Shown piece by piece: positions 1-8,921 of a DNA stretch of 38,390 bases (within the stretch, counting starts at the first letter, position 1; each line of letters begins with the position of its first letter). Origin of the DNA: Nanobdellota archaeon (GTDB lineage: Archaea > Nanobdellota > Nanobdellia > Pacearchaeales > GW2011-AR1); the NCBI GenBank assembly GCA_030640395.1, contig DAOWJK010000011.1, forward strand, positions 1 through 38,390, given 5' to 3'. A program made the translations under genes and the position numbers. The notes below the pieces were generated by a model. It had not been told where the DNA came from, did not search any database, and saw only the letters and a list, made by a program, of their open reading frames with translations.

Positions 1-443
1 TGGATATAAAAGTTTTCTTCTTGTTCTCTAAGATCTGAACCACTTAGATTAACAAATTTCCCAAGACTAATTTCTTTAGTCTGATTATCAAAGAGGACTT
101 TAACCATAGAATCAGCAGGATAGAACTCTCCTTCTGCATATTGTAGTATAAGTTTTCCATTAATCTCTTCGTTAATACTAAAAAATTCCTTATCTGGAGT
201 TAATCCTACTCTACCAGTGATTTGTTGAGGAAAAAAATATAATAATGTTATTATACCACAAATAAGGAGAAAAAATATTACTGGTATTATCTTTGATCTT
301 ATCTTGCTGTCTCTTGTTTCTTCTTCTGGCGGTTCTTTCCCTAGATATTTACTTACAACTCTGCCATCCTTATCTCTAAAACTCGTGTAAGAATAGGGAC
401 CATAAAATTTATCACCTATTTTTATATAACGTTTATAAGCCAT
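1..443 (-). CDS. Membrane-anchored surface protein, 5' part (runs off the window)
   Basis: ATG at 443 opens an uninterrupted frame: MAYKRYIKIGDKFYGPYSYTSFRDKDGRVVSKYLG..., then a TM helix IIPVIFFLLICGIITLLYFF and an ITGRV motif. Not in the ORF track because it has no stop inside the window. Confidence 0.8.
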   Translation of the reverse strand, partial: MAYKRYIKIGDKFYGPYSYTSFRDKDGRVVSKYLGKEPPEEETRDSKIRSKIIPVIFFLLICGIITLLYFFPQQITGRVGLTPDKEFFSINEEINGKLILQYAEGEFYPADSMVKVLFDNQTKEISLGKFVNLSGSDLREQEENFYI

Positions 444-679
444 GTTTGGATTCTAGGCTCTTAACTTTATTCTTTTTTAGATTTTTTACACCCAAAACTT
501 GTAGCGTAAAAATTATTTTTCTAAAACCTTTTTTTATGATTTATGATGTACTGTAAAAGATACAAATAGCCTTTAAATATTTTTCATTTTTATCATGAAT
601 CCAATTTTAGAAAGCTAAAAGGCGACTCAATTCTTACTTAAATCTAAAAGTATTTAAAATAAGTTTCTTTTGAGTGATT

Positions 680-1105
680 ATGGCAGAAAAACAAGAAAAA
701 GAAAAGTATAAAGAAATGCTTGATCAGCTTTATGAACATGTAAAGCAGGTTAAGATAACTGAAAGGTTTGAGATCCCAAAAGTCCAGGGATTTGTTGAAG
801 GTAATAAGACAATCATAACAAACTTTTCACAAATATGCTCAGCCTTAAGAAGAAAACCAGAACATTTAGGTAAGTTCTTGTCTAGAGAACTTGCAGTCCA
901 AACTACCATAGAAGCTGAAAGACTAATCTTCAACAGAAAATTAAGTTCAGGTATAATTAATGAAAAAATTCAGAAATATGTTAATGAGTTTGTGATATGT
1001 CCTGAATGCAAAAAGCCAGATACAGAGTTAATTAAAGAAGACAGGTTATCTTTTGTTAGGTGCCTGGCTTGCGGAGCAAAGCACTCAGTTAGAAGTAAAA
1101 TTTAA
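680..1105 (+). CDS. eif2b: Translation initiation factor aIF2 beta subunit
   Basis: ERFEIP, GNKTIITNF, C-terminal zinc ribbon CPECKKPDT...CLACGA. ATG at 680 is preferred over the GTG at 674. Confidence 0.95.
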   Translation: MAEKQEKEKYKEMLDQLYEHVKQVKITERFEIPKVQGFVEGNKTIITNFSQICSALRRKPEHLGKFLSRELAVQTTIEAERLIFNRKLSSGIINEKIQKYVNEFVICPECKKPDTELIKEDRLSFVRCLACGAKHSVRSKI

Positions 1106-1191
1106 AATCCCAAACTTTATAAAACAAAATTCCCTTAGAGTTTTAAGAGATTCATTGAATCTATAATTAAATTGGAGGTAATAAAATAAAA

Positions 1192-1344
1192 ATGGCAACA
1201 AAAGGATATTGTGTAAAATGTAAGAAAATGGTTGAAATGAAGAACCCTGTAGAAAGCAAGACAAAAAGAGGCACAAAAATAGCAAAAGGAAAATGCCCCA
1301 ACTGCGGAACAACTGTTTGCAGAATGGGTGGAATAACAAAATAA
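1192..1344 (+). CDS. Small zinc-ribbon protein (DUF5679-like), 50 aa
   Basis: Manual translation MATKGYCVKCKKMVEMKNPVESKTKRGTKIAKGKCPNCGTTVCRMGGITK*, two CxxC pairs, SD GGAGGT upstream. Below the ORF-track size cutoff. Confidence 0.88.
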   Translation: MATKGYCVKCKKMVEMKNPVESKTKRGTKIAKGKCPNCGTTVCRMGGITK

Positions 1345-1400
1345 CTAAGTTTATTAACTAATTCTTTTTTTTATTTTCTATAAACTTTATAGAAGTTTTA

Positions 1401-1574
1401 TGCGATTTCCCTCGGAGGCTCTTAAAGAAATCGCTTCACGGAACAGGAAGGGAAGGAGTGTGCGAGCGATTTCGAGGCTCAACAAAGTTGAGTCATCCCA
1501 GTGGGATGGTAGGAAGTAAAATTTAAAATCAATAACCCGTGCGAAGTCGGGAGTTTGGGAAACCGCTTAGGTTT
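1401..1574 (+). repeat. Structured intergenic element, copy 1 (candidate ncRNA or leader)
   Basis: Shares exact blocks with 29473-29639: TGCGATTTCC, CTCGGAGG, CGAGCGATTTCG, TGGTAGG, CAATAACCCGTGCGAAGTC, GGGAGTTT, AAACCGCTTAGGTTT, TAAAGAAATCGC. Confidence 0.85.
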
Positions 1575-1585
1575 CTTTCATTTTT

Positions 1586-1900
1586 ATGAACATAAAAATA
1601 CATAAAACATACAGAAATGTAGTTGCTATTTGTGATTCTGATTTAATCGGGAAAAAATTTGTGTCGCAAGAACGCACAGATTTAGGAAACTTTCAGTTGG
1701 ATATTAAAGAATCTTTTTACAAGGGCGAGGAAAAAACAAAGCAGGAGATAATCTCAATAATGCGGAATATGTCAAGGGAAGATTCCACATTCAATATTGT
1801 CGGAGAAGAATCAGTAAATTGTGCCTTAGAAGCAGGAATTATTTCTAAAGACGGAATTAAAAAAATTCAGGGAGTTGTGTTTGCTTTAGTTCTCATGTAA
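1586..1900 (+). CDS. DUF424 family protein
   Basis: VVAICDSDLIGKKF, ESFYKGE, NIVGEESV...A...GII pattern of archaeal DUF424. Confidence 0.88.
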   Translation: MNIKIHKTYRNVVAICDSDLIGKKFVSQERTDLGNFQLDIKESFYKGEEKTKQEIISIMRNMSREDSTFNIVGEESVNCALEAGIISKDGIKKIQGVVFALVLM

Positions 1901-1947
1901 GTGAGAACTAGTGAAAATCTTTGATTTGCTCTGGTTTTGATGTGAAA

Positions 1948-2202
1948 TTAAAAAGAACCTCTTTCAGTATTTATTTGTAAGAAAGTTTTATGTAACTCAT
2001 CTGCAATAAAAGAATCCAATGTAAAAGCAGGACATTTTTTTGCGTCTTTAGCAGAATATTCTATTTCTCCTGTTCCTGCAATAAAAGACGATCTCTCTAC
2101 CGCCAGACAAGAACTCTCTTCAGGATCTCTAATATATCTTAAGATACAATAAGAATCTTTTAATTCAGTACCACGGAGACAAGCACAATATTCATTTCCC
2201 AT
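1948..2202 (-). CDS. Hypothetical protein (Cys-containing)
   Basis: ORF; start moved to ATG 2202 (MGNEYCAC), which has a TATA-like TTTATATT 21 nt upstream. Confidence 0.6.
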   Translation of the reverse strand: MGNEYCACLRGTELKDSYCILRYIRDPEESSCLAVERSSFIAGTGEIEYSAKDAKKCPAFTLDSFIADELHKTFLQINTERGSF

Positions 2203-2266
2203 ATAAATTTGAAATAAGTAGAGAATATAAAGATTATTATAGTGAAACATATATTTTCTCCAAAAC

Positions 2267-2274
2267 TTTATAAA
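2267..2274 (+). promoter_or_regulatory. Archaeal TATA box (TTTATAAA) of leaderless aIF1A gene; representative of many in the window
   Basis: Ends 21 nt before ATG 2296. Same spacing at 3640, 12770, 24020, 26300, 26729, 30556 and 35938. Confidence 0.75.
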
Positions 2275-2295
2275 ACAATTTCATCTTAAACAAAT

Positions 2296-2622
2296 ATGGG
2301 TTATTATAATAAAAACCAAAATCAGGAAGAGCCGAAAATTATACGGGCGCCGCTTCCAAAGGGCAGGGAAGTTATTGGAATAATTGAACAGCGGCTTGGG
2401 GGAAACAAGATGATGGTTAATTGTCTTGACGGCAAACAGCGAAACTGCAGGGTTCCCGGAAGATTGAAAAGAAGACTCTGGCTCCGTCCTGAAGATATTG
2501 TAATTGTAGAGCCATGGGAGCTTGACGACACAAAAGCCGACATACTTCTCAAATACCGCTCAAATCAAATAGCATGGCTGAAAAAAAATAACTATTTGAA
2601 AACAGAAAAAGAGGAGTTTTGA
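2296..2622 (+). CDS. eif1a: Translation initiation factor aIF1A
   Basis: EVIGIIEQRLGG, CLDGKQRNCRVPGRLKRRLWLRPEDIVIVEPWE OB-fold signature. Confidence 0.96.
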   Translation: MGYYNKNQNQEEPKIIRAPLPKGREVIGIIEQRLGGNKMMVNCLDGKQRNCRVPGRLKRRLWLRPEDIVIVEPWELDDTKADILLKYRSNQIAWLKKNNYLKTEKEEF

Positions 2623-2675
2623 AATATATTTTAAAGAACACAAATAAATAAAAAAGCTTCCAGAGTAAAATAATT

Positions 2676-2939
2676 ATGGAATCTGATGAAAAATCAAGAT
2701 TGGTTAATCAAATAAAAGAAGATGCAAAAACTTCTTTGAGACATATGTCTGATAAAAGACAAGACTTTTATAGTAGAGTTATTGGAAAAATAGAAAGTTT
2801 TGAAACAAAGACATCAGAACATGAAGGGACTAGATTAAAATTAAGAGCCTTGCAAAAAGAGATTATGCATAGCATAGACGATTTAAGGGAATATTGGGAT
2901 AGTAAAGATGTTACTTCTTATCTTAATGCATTAAAATAA
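2676..2939 (+). CDS. Hypothetical protein
   Basis: 87-aa helical-looking ORF with a normal start; no recognisable motif. Confidence 0.6.
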   Translation: MESDEKSRLVNQIKEDAKTSLRHMSDKRQDFYSRVIGKIESFETKTSEHEGTRLKLRALQKEIMHSIDDLREYWDSKDVTSYLNALK

Positions 2940-2977
2940 ATCAAAAACCTTAAAACCTTTTCTATACTCAATCATAT

Positions 2978-3478
2978 ATGAAAAAAATCCTTTGTGAAAA
3001 ACTTCCAAGAATAATAAAAAACAAAAAGCAACTTGAAAAGCTTTTAAATGTGAAAATAAAAAACAGAGGCAAAGAAGTTTCTATTGAGGGAAAGCCAGAA
3101 GATGAATACACTGCGGAAAAAGTAATTGATGCTTTGAATTTTGGATTTGCTTTTTCCAGTGCAATCCAGATAAAAGAACAAGACTGCACTTTTGAAATTC
3201 TAAACATAAAAGACCACACAAAAAGAAAAGACCTTGAAACAGTCAGGGCAAGAATAATCGGAACAAAAGGAAAAACCCTGCAAACCCTGCATCAATTAAC
3301 AAAGTGTTATTTTGAATTAAAAGACAACTTCGTGGGAATTATCGGCGAACCAGAATGCATCAAAAATGCACAAGACGCAATTATTTTAATAATTAAAGGT
3401 TCAAAGCAATCAAATGTTTACAATCTCTTAGAAAGACATCAGGTGAAAGAACCTGTTGATTTGGGGTTAAGAAAGTAA
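2978..3478 (+). CDS. KH-domain rRNA processing protein (Dim2/Pno1/Krr1-like)
   Basis: ALNFGF, RARIIGTKGKT (GxxG loop), LIIKGSKQSNVY; follows aIF1A as in many archaea. Confidence 0.88.
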   Translation: MKKILCEKLPRIIKNKKQLEKLLNVKIKNRGKEVSIEGKPEDEYTAEKVIDALNFGFAFSSAIQIKEQDCTFEILNIKDHTKRKDLETVRARIIGTKGKTLQTLHQLTKCYFELKDNFVGIIGEPECIKNAQDAIILIIKGSKQSNVYNLLERHQVKEPVDLGLRK

Positions 3479-3498
3479 AGTTCTCGTCCAAATTAAAA

Positions 3499-3571
3499 CG
3501 TCTCGGGAAGGACTCGAACCTTCGACCTATCGGTTAACAGCCGATCGCTCTACCAACTGAGCCACCGAGAC
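3499..3571 (-). tRNA. tRNA-Asn (GTT)
   Basis: Reverse complement GTCTCGGTGGCTCAGTTGGTAGAGCGATCGGCTGTTAACCGATAGGTCGAAGGTTCGAGTCCTTCCCGAGACG folds as a cloverleaf; anticodon GTT, no intron, CCA not encoded. Confidence 0.97.
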
Positions 3572-3668
3572 CTAAAACAATTAAAAGATTTTTACTTTTA
3601 AAGTTTGCTAATCAAAATCTTCCCCCTCTCTCCACTAATTTTATAAACATCTTTCTCTTTCTCTAATC

Positions 3669-4223
3669 ATGAATTTAAACAAGGCAATTCAAAACAGGCA
3701 CAGCGTCAGAAGATTCACTTCTAAAAAACCAGACTGGCGGGATATTATTGAATGCATTGATTCTGCAAGATATGCCCCAATGGCAGGAAACATATTCAGC
3801 TTGAAATTCATCGTTGTCAGCGACAGGGAAAAAATCCAAAAACTCGCAGACGCAGCACAACAGCATTTTATTGCCCAGGCACACTATGTTGTTGTCGTGT
3901 GCACAAATCCTTCAAGGACAATTAACTCTTATGAAGAAAGAGGGGGGAAATTCTGCAGGCAGCAAGCAGGCGCAGCAATCCAAAATTTTCTTTTAAAAAT
4001 TCAGGAAGCAAAACTCGCAACCTGCTGGATAGGGCATTTTATTGAAGAACAAGTAAAAGAAGCTTTGCAAATTCCAGAAGACATCCAGGTTGAAGCAATA
4101 TTCCCAATAGGACATGAACTTGGAAAAACAGAAAAAAGAAGAAAAATAGATTTTAACCAAATTCTTTATTTTGACAAATATGGAAATAAGAAGATGAAAA
4201 ATCCAAGGAAGCTGGATGTTTAA
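3669..4223 (+). CDS. Nitroreductase family protein
   Basis: IQNRHSVRRF, ARYAPMAGN, AIQNFLL, LATCWIG, AIFPIG. Confidence 0.92.
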   Translation: MNLNKAIQNRHSVRRFTSKKPDWRDIIECIDSARYAPMAGNIFSLKFIVVSDREKIQKLADAAQQHFIAQAHYVVVVCTNPSRTINSYEERGGKFCRQQAGAAIQNFLLKIQEAKLATCWIGHFIEEQVKEALQIPEDIQVEAIFPIGHELGKTEKRRKIDFNQILYFDKYGNKKMKNPRKLDV

Positions 4224-4257
4224 GCTTTGTGGATAAAATATCTTCTGTGTAAAAAGT

Positions 4258-4584
4258 CTAAATAAACTTAATATCTTTTTTACCAAGCAAAAAAACTTCG
4301 CAGAACATTACTTTCCCATTAATCACTTCTTTCTCACTTAATAATTTCTTTATTTTTTTAGAAGGAATAGCCTTCTCCCATGAACAATGATTAGAATTAA
4401 GATAATACTTACAATGATTACATAAACCATCAGGATATTTTTCTTTTAAAGCTTCTTTTGTTATTTTTTCTGAATCTCTTTGAAATTTTAAATCATATTT
4501 TTCAGATTTCCTAAGTTCTCTATATTGTTTTGCACCTTCTTTTAATTTTGGAATAGTTTGTTCTTGTAGGTAAGTTTTAACCAT
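4258..4584 (-). CDS. Hypothetical protein with Cys cluster (CNHC...C...C)
   Basis: 108-aa ORF preceded by SD GGAGGTG. Confidence 0.7.
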   Translation of the reverse strand: MVKTYLQEQTIPKLKEGAKQYRELRKSEKYDLKFQRDSEKITKEALKEKYPDGLCNHCKYYLNSNHCSWEKAIPSKKIKKLLSEKEVINGKVMFCEVFLLGKKDIKFI

Positions 4585-4636
4585 TTTTATTCACCTCCAT
4601 TTAAAGAATAATACTCCAAGTTATTTAAACATTCCT

Positions 4637-4667
4637 AAAAAAAACAAAACCCTGAGTTTCCTCAGGG
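4637..4667 (-). terminator. Hairpin plus U-tract terminator after ftsZ
   Basis: Minus strand CCCTGAG-GAAA-CTCAGGG followed by TTTTGTTTTTTTT, about 15 nt after the ftsZ stop. Confidence 0.7.
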
Positions 4668-4681
4668 CATTAATAAAAAAA

Positions 4682-5761
4682 CTATCTTATAAATTCTATG
4701 CCTAAATCAGATATTTCCTTTGCCATAGGAAGTGATTGCTCTTCAGCAGTTCTTCCCAGGACATAAGGTGACTTGACTCCTGTCATGATAGTTATCACCC
4801 GCACTTTGCCGACAAAGTCCTTGCTGATTCTCGCACCAATAATAACCTGCGCCTCAGGACTCAGGTTCTCAGAAACCACTCGCCCAATCAAATCAAATTC
4901 CTCAAGCTTCAGGTCCTGACCGCATGTCACATGTATCAAAGCTCCGGTAGCACCCTGATAATCCACATCAAGTAGAGGATGAGTCAAGGCTTGCTTTACA
5001 GCTTCTGTTACACGACCTTCAGTATCTGATTCACCAATTCCAATCACAGCAACACCACCACCTTTCATAATAGCCGAAACATCTGCGTAGTCCAGATTAA
5101 TCAAACTCGGTAAAGTAATTGTCTCAACAATTCCCTTAATCATTGTGCTGGTTAATTCATTGGCAACAGCAAACGCCTGTTCAATAGGCAACTGCCCGGC
5201 AATATCAACAAGCCTGTTATTATCAAGAACTATGCACGTGTCTGTCACGTCTCTCAGTTCCTGCAAACCAAACTCTGCCTTGTCAATTCTCGCTTTCTCT
5301 GCTTCAAACGGCATTGTCACAACAGCAATCACAACTGCGCCAGTCTCTTTTGCCAACTGCGCAATTACCGGCGCTGCACCAGTACCGGTTCCACCACCCA
5401 TACCAGCGACGACAAATACCATGTCTGCCTGTCCAACAGCTTTCTTAATATCCACAATCGCTTCTTTAGCTGCTTCTCTTCCTCTTCTGGCATCTCCGCC
5501 TGCACCCAAGCCTCTTGTCAATTCCTTGCCAATAAGAAGTTTCTCATCAGACTTTGTAACACTTAAATGAAGCGCGTCAGTATTTGCTGCATAAATTGTT
5601 GCTCCACTAACACCTTTGTTGAAAAGCCATGTTACCATATTTGAGCCGCATCCTCCAACACCAAGAACCTTTATGTTCGCCTTCCCTGCTCTTAACTCAT
5701 CAAAATTAATGCTGTGCGAATTTGTATTGTCGATTGCTTCTTTTGCAAAATCTAACACCAT
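4682..5761 (-). CDS. ftsZ: Cell division protein FtsZ
   Basis: GVGGCGSN, TRGLGAGG, GMGGGTGTG tubulin signature, INLDYADV; SD GGAGGT upstream. Confidence 0.98.
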   Translation of the reverse strand: MVLDFAKEAIDNTNSHSINFDELRAGKANIKVLGVGGCGSNMVTWLFNKGVSGATIYAANTDALHLSVTKSDEKLLIGKELTRGLGAGGDARRGREAAKEAIVDIKKAVGQADMVFVVAGMGGGTGTGAAPVIAQLAKETGAVVIAVVTMPFEAEKARIDKAEFGLQELRDVTDTCIVLDNNRLVDIAGQLPIEQAFAVANELTSTMIKGIVETITLPSLINLDYADVSAIMKGGGVAVIGIGESDTEGRVTEAVKQALTHPLLDVDYQGATGALIHVTCGQDLKLEEFDLIGRVVSENLSPEAQVIIGARISKDFVGKVRVITIMTGVKSPYVLGRTAEEQSLPMAKEISDLGIEFIR

Positions 5762-5967
5762 ATTTTTTTTTACCTCCTTGTAATTTTATGAAACTTTTCT
5801 ACGAAAAGTTTAAATAGTTGACAAACTTCCAACTATTATTAAAAGAAAAAGAGGAAGAAATCACCTCTGCATACAGAAATATTAATTAAACCGCCAAGTT
5901 AAAATTAATATAATAAAAAATTAAGAATTCTCTTATTTAAATATATTTTGGTGATAAAACACAATAA

Positions 5968-8562
5968 TTAATCTTTTGTTTTTGCTAATGATTTTCTTTT
6001 TCTCAAGGTTACAAATGTCCCTACCCCCACTAATCCAAGAATAAATATACCTACTATTAAAGATAATCTTTCTTTAATTGTTCCTATTACTGCACCAGTA
6101 ATTCCTACTGAATTTGTTTTAGGGATGTCCTCTGTTGTTGGGGTACTTGTTTCATTTGTATCAAGCCCTATTTTTGTTTGATTTTGATTTAGAGTTTCAT
6201 TTGTTTGACTATTATTTATAGTCTCCTTCGGAGTATAGCTTCCGCCGCCTCCTCCAGAACTTCCGCCAGTATCAGAAGGCGGTACCGGACATACTCCACA
6301 ATCTTTTGTGCAAGAAGAACAAGTTTCTCCACCATTACAATTTCCATCCCCGCAATATGTTTCCTGCTCTTTTATTCCAGAATGTTTTAATCCAGAAATT
6401 TTATATTGAGTATTGTTGTTTACTAATTCACAAACATAATTTGTATTTGAACTGGGACAACTTAACCATGTTTCATTTTCGCCTGTGCATGTTTCAGAAA
6501 TTTCACTAATATTTAAAATTTCAGCGTCTTTAATGCAAATTCCTGTCCCATTAAGCACTTTATTAAAGTAAATTGTTTTTGTTTGATTTTGAGAAGTTAA
6601 ATCCAATCCTTTAATTATTAAATAAGAAAAAGTGCTTTCATTGTTTTGTTTTTCTATAAATAAATCAGCGAGGTTTATTTTTCCTTCTGTTAAATTAAAA
6701 TCAAACTCTAACAAAGTTTCATTATTTTCTTTAAACTTAATTGTGTTATTTTCTTTTTCTAAAGTTAAATTTGTTAAGGTAGTATTGATATTAGTTTCAT
6801 TTCCCATAATTCCGTCCTTATTATAATCGCATAGTTCATACTGAAATTCAAAATATGTATTGTTATTCCATAAATCTAACTCGAGATTGGTTAAGGCATA
6901 ACAAATATTAAAATCATATTCTATTTTGGTTCTGTTTTGTAATTGGGAATCATTTTCTAAGCAAATTCCTTGATTTTGCCATCCACTCCAAGAAGAGTTT
7001 GTTATGTTAGGTAGACAATAATCACATACCCCAACATTTCTATATTCAATAATTGTTTTGTTATTTATTTCCCCACAATAATTGTTATCATATTGAATTA
7101 AATTTCTTGTTTGATTCATTGTATCATTTAATGAACAAGAAATATTATTCCAAGAGTCCCAAGAAGTATTAACTAAATTTGGTGTGCAAAAGTCACAAAA
7201 TTGTGGCTCAAATTCTAAGTAATTCCCCTCGTATAAATCAGAATTTAAACTTGTTTGAGCAAAACAATTATTTTTATCGTAAGTTTGGTTGCAATATTTA
7301 AAATCCTCTTCTTGACAATTTCCATAATCAACACATGTCCAGTTTGGTAAACAATAATCACAACTTTCATATGTTCCGTTATCAACAGGCAAACTATATG
7401 TTTTATTACAATCATTAACATCTGTGTAAGTTATTAAAACTAAATCATCTTGCTGACAAGAGTTTTCATTGTTTATCCAATTTGGCATGCAATCACAAAC
7501 ATCTCCAATCCCATTATTATCTAAATCTTCTTGACTTGGATTTTGATTATAAGGACAATTATCTATGGCATCATCAATCCCATCATTATCTATATCTGTA
7601 TTTGTAACAACATAACTCTCATCTAAGAAGAATTCTCCAATTAAAGTTGGGTCCCAATTCCAATAATCTAAAACATTCTCACTATAATCTATTCTAAAAA
7701 ATCCTGACTCCCCCCAACCAGTACCCCAACTATTTTTACAAATCCAATATTGGTTATTGTCATCATAACCTATGATAGAAACAGCGTGGAGACCTAAGTA
7801 ATCTCCATAAGCCCATTGATATATCCCAATAGAATAATCATAAAAATCTTCATAAACAGCCATATAAATAGTTACAGGTCCATAATCATTTATTGCTTGT
7901 TTTATTGTAGAGGGTGAACTCACTAGATTATAGTCAAGGATTTTTACTAATTCATTTTGCCAATTAACACATTTGTTTGAACACAATCCATCAGTTCCAG
8001 AATAAGGAAAACAAGATTCTTTTACTACACCATTTGTTTTAATATAGTCAAAAGTATCATCAGACCACCCCCCATTACAATCTCCTGCCTCACTACAAGA
8101 AACTAAATCTTGCTCTGATAAATCTATATTATAATCAGGATTATTTAAAGCAATATTAATTCTTGATTCTACAACACCAACTGCTGAAAAAGCCCAACAA
8201 CTTCCACAACTACCTTGAGATTTTATGGGGGTAGTCCAATCGCCACCATCTTTATTTCTCCAATCTATTGTAGAAGGATAACTTCCGATAAAATTAGTTT
8301 TTAAAAGTTTAGTTTCTTCACTTGACTTAGATCTTGTTTGTAATAATAATGCTTTTTTCTCTTCTAAAGATAAATAAGACATACTTGTTTCTCCAGCAGT
8401 CCACTCTTTACTTTCAGATTTTATTATCTTATTAATGTTGTTTATTCTATCTTCTACAAACAAGTTTGACGACTTAATAGAATCTTTTTTTATATCAAAA
8501 GTATTTGCTGAAATAATTGAGACAATAACTATGATTAAAACAAGGGAAATTAATTTTTTCAT
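5968..8562 (-). CDS. Secreted, membrane-anchored C1A (papain-like) cysteine protease with TSP type-3-like and Cys-rich repeats
   Basis: Signal peptide; QGSCGSCWAF, LHAVSIIGY, KNSWG catalytic motifs; DIDNDGIDDAIDNCP/DLDNNGIGDVCD; repeated CD(Y/F)CxPN; Gly/Ser linker; C-terminal TM and basic tail. Confidence 0.92.
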   Translation of the reverse strand: MKKLISLVLIIVIVSIISANTFDIKKDSIKSSNLFVEDRINNINKIIKSESKEWTAGETSMSYLSLEEKKALLLQTRSKSSEETKLLKTNFIGSYPSTIDWRNKDGGDWTTPIKSQGSCGSCWAFSAVGVVESRINIALNNPDYNIDLSEQDLVSCSEAGDCNGGWSDDTFDYIKTNGVVKESCFPYSGTDGLCSNKCVNWQNELVKILDYNLVSSPSTIKQAINDYGPVTIYMAVYEDFYDYSIGIYQWAYGDYLGLHAVSIIGYDDNNQYWICKNSWGTGWGESGFFRIDYSENVLDYWNWDPTLIGEFFLDESYVVTNTDIDNDGIDDAIDNCPYNQNPSQEDLDNNGIGDVCDCMPNWINNENSCQQDDLVLITYTDVNDCNKTYSLPVDNGTYESCDYCLPNWTCVDYGNCQEEDFKYCNQTYDKNNCFAQTSLNSDLYEGNYLEFEPQFCDFCTPNLVNTSWDSWNNISCSLNDTMNQTRNLIQYDNNYCGEINNKTIIEYRNVGVCDYCLPNITNSSWSGWQNQGICLENDSQLQNRTKIEYDFNICYALTNLELDLWNNNTYFEFQYELCDYNKDGIMGNETNINTTLTNLTLEKENNTIKFKENNETLLEFDFNLTEGKINLADLFIEKQNNESTFSYLIIKGLDLTSQNQTKTIYFNKVLNGTGICIKDAEILNISEISETCTGENETWLSCPSSNTNYVCELVNNNTQYKISGLKHSGIKEQETYCGDGNCNGGETCSSCTKDCGVCPVPPSDTGGSSGGGGGSYTPKETINNSQTNETLNQNQTKIGLDTNETSTPTTEDIPKTNSVGITGAVIGTIKERLSLIVGIFILGLVGVGTFVTLRKRKSLAKTKD

Positions 8563-8819
8563 TTTTCACATTCCCCTCTATAAAAAGCCTATTCTTCACA
8601 TTCTGTTCCATCTGGAAAAATACAATATCCTGTTTGTGAACCATCAGGATTTGTTCTAATCTCTAATATCCCCCCCACATCCTCACAATAAACAGAAGCA
8701 GGATTTGCAATTTGAGAATTTTGAGAACTATTATTTTCTTTATTATGATTAATCATTAAAACAAAAACTAAAACAATTAATACAATAAAAATTAACATTA
8801 AAATATATCTGATTTTCAT
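8559..8819 (-). pseudogene. DUF333 (putative hemolysin) protein interrupted by an in-frame TAG
   Basis: IANPASVYC...G.C.FPDG.ECEE then TAG at 8589-8591, then AFYRGECEK and TGA overlapping the protease ATG. The family motif is CEEWxxxRGEC. Confidence 0.8.
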
Positions 8820-8921
8820 TTTATTTCAAATATTTAACCCCTTAAAAGATTTTCTATTCTCATTTACCTGTGCGTGAAAAGAGATATATAAGTTTTTCAT
8901 TTACTTGTGAATGAAGATAAA

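Noticed and set aside
1401..1574. CRISPR array, SRP RNA, RNase P RNA or a known riboswitch
   Set aside because: There is no regular repeat-spacer period, and the hallmark motifs of SRP, RNase P, TPP, FMN, fluoride and c-di-AMP RNAs were not convincingly present.
4650..4669. TGCCC...GGG hairpin after ftsZ as a member of the insertion family
   Set aside because: It lacks GTAC and the second hairpin; a GAAA tetraloop plus U-tract right after a stop fits a terminator better.
5145..5570. Antisense and alternate-frame ORFs in the track (e.g. 730-933, 1085-1339, 5145-5570, 11895-12533, 15364-15801, 18787-19176, 21667-22038, 31592-31912)
   Set aside because: They are shadows of well-supported genes on the opposite strand or frame, with no motifs and atypical composition.
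7721..7730. GTACCCC match to the element core inside the protease gene
   Set aside because: It encodes the conserved NSWGTGWG motif and lacks both flanking hairpins.
8589..8591. Genome-wide TAG recoding
   Set aside because: ftsZ, the MBL gene, the HAD-like gene and the Lrp gene end normally at TAG, and no other in-frame TAG was seen.
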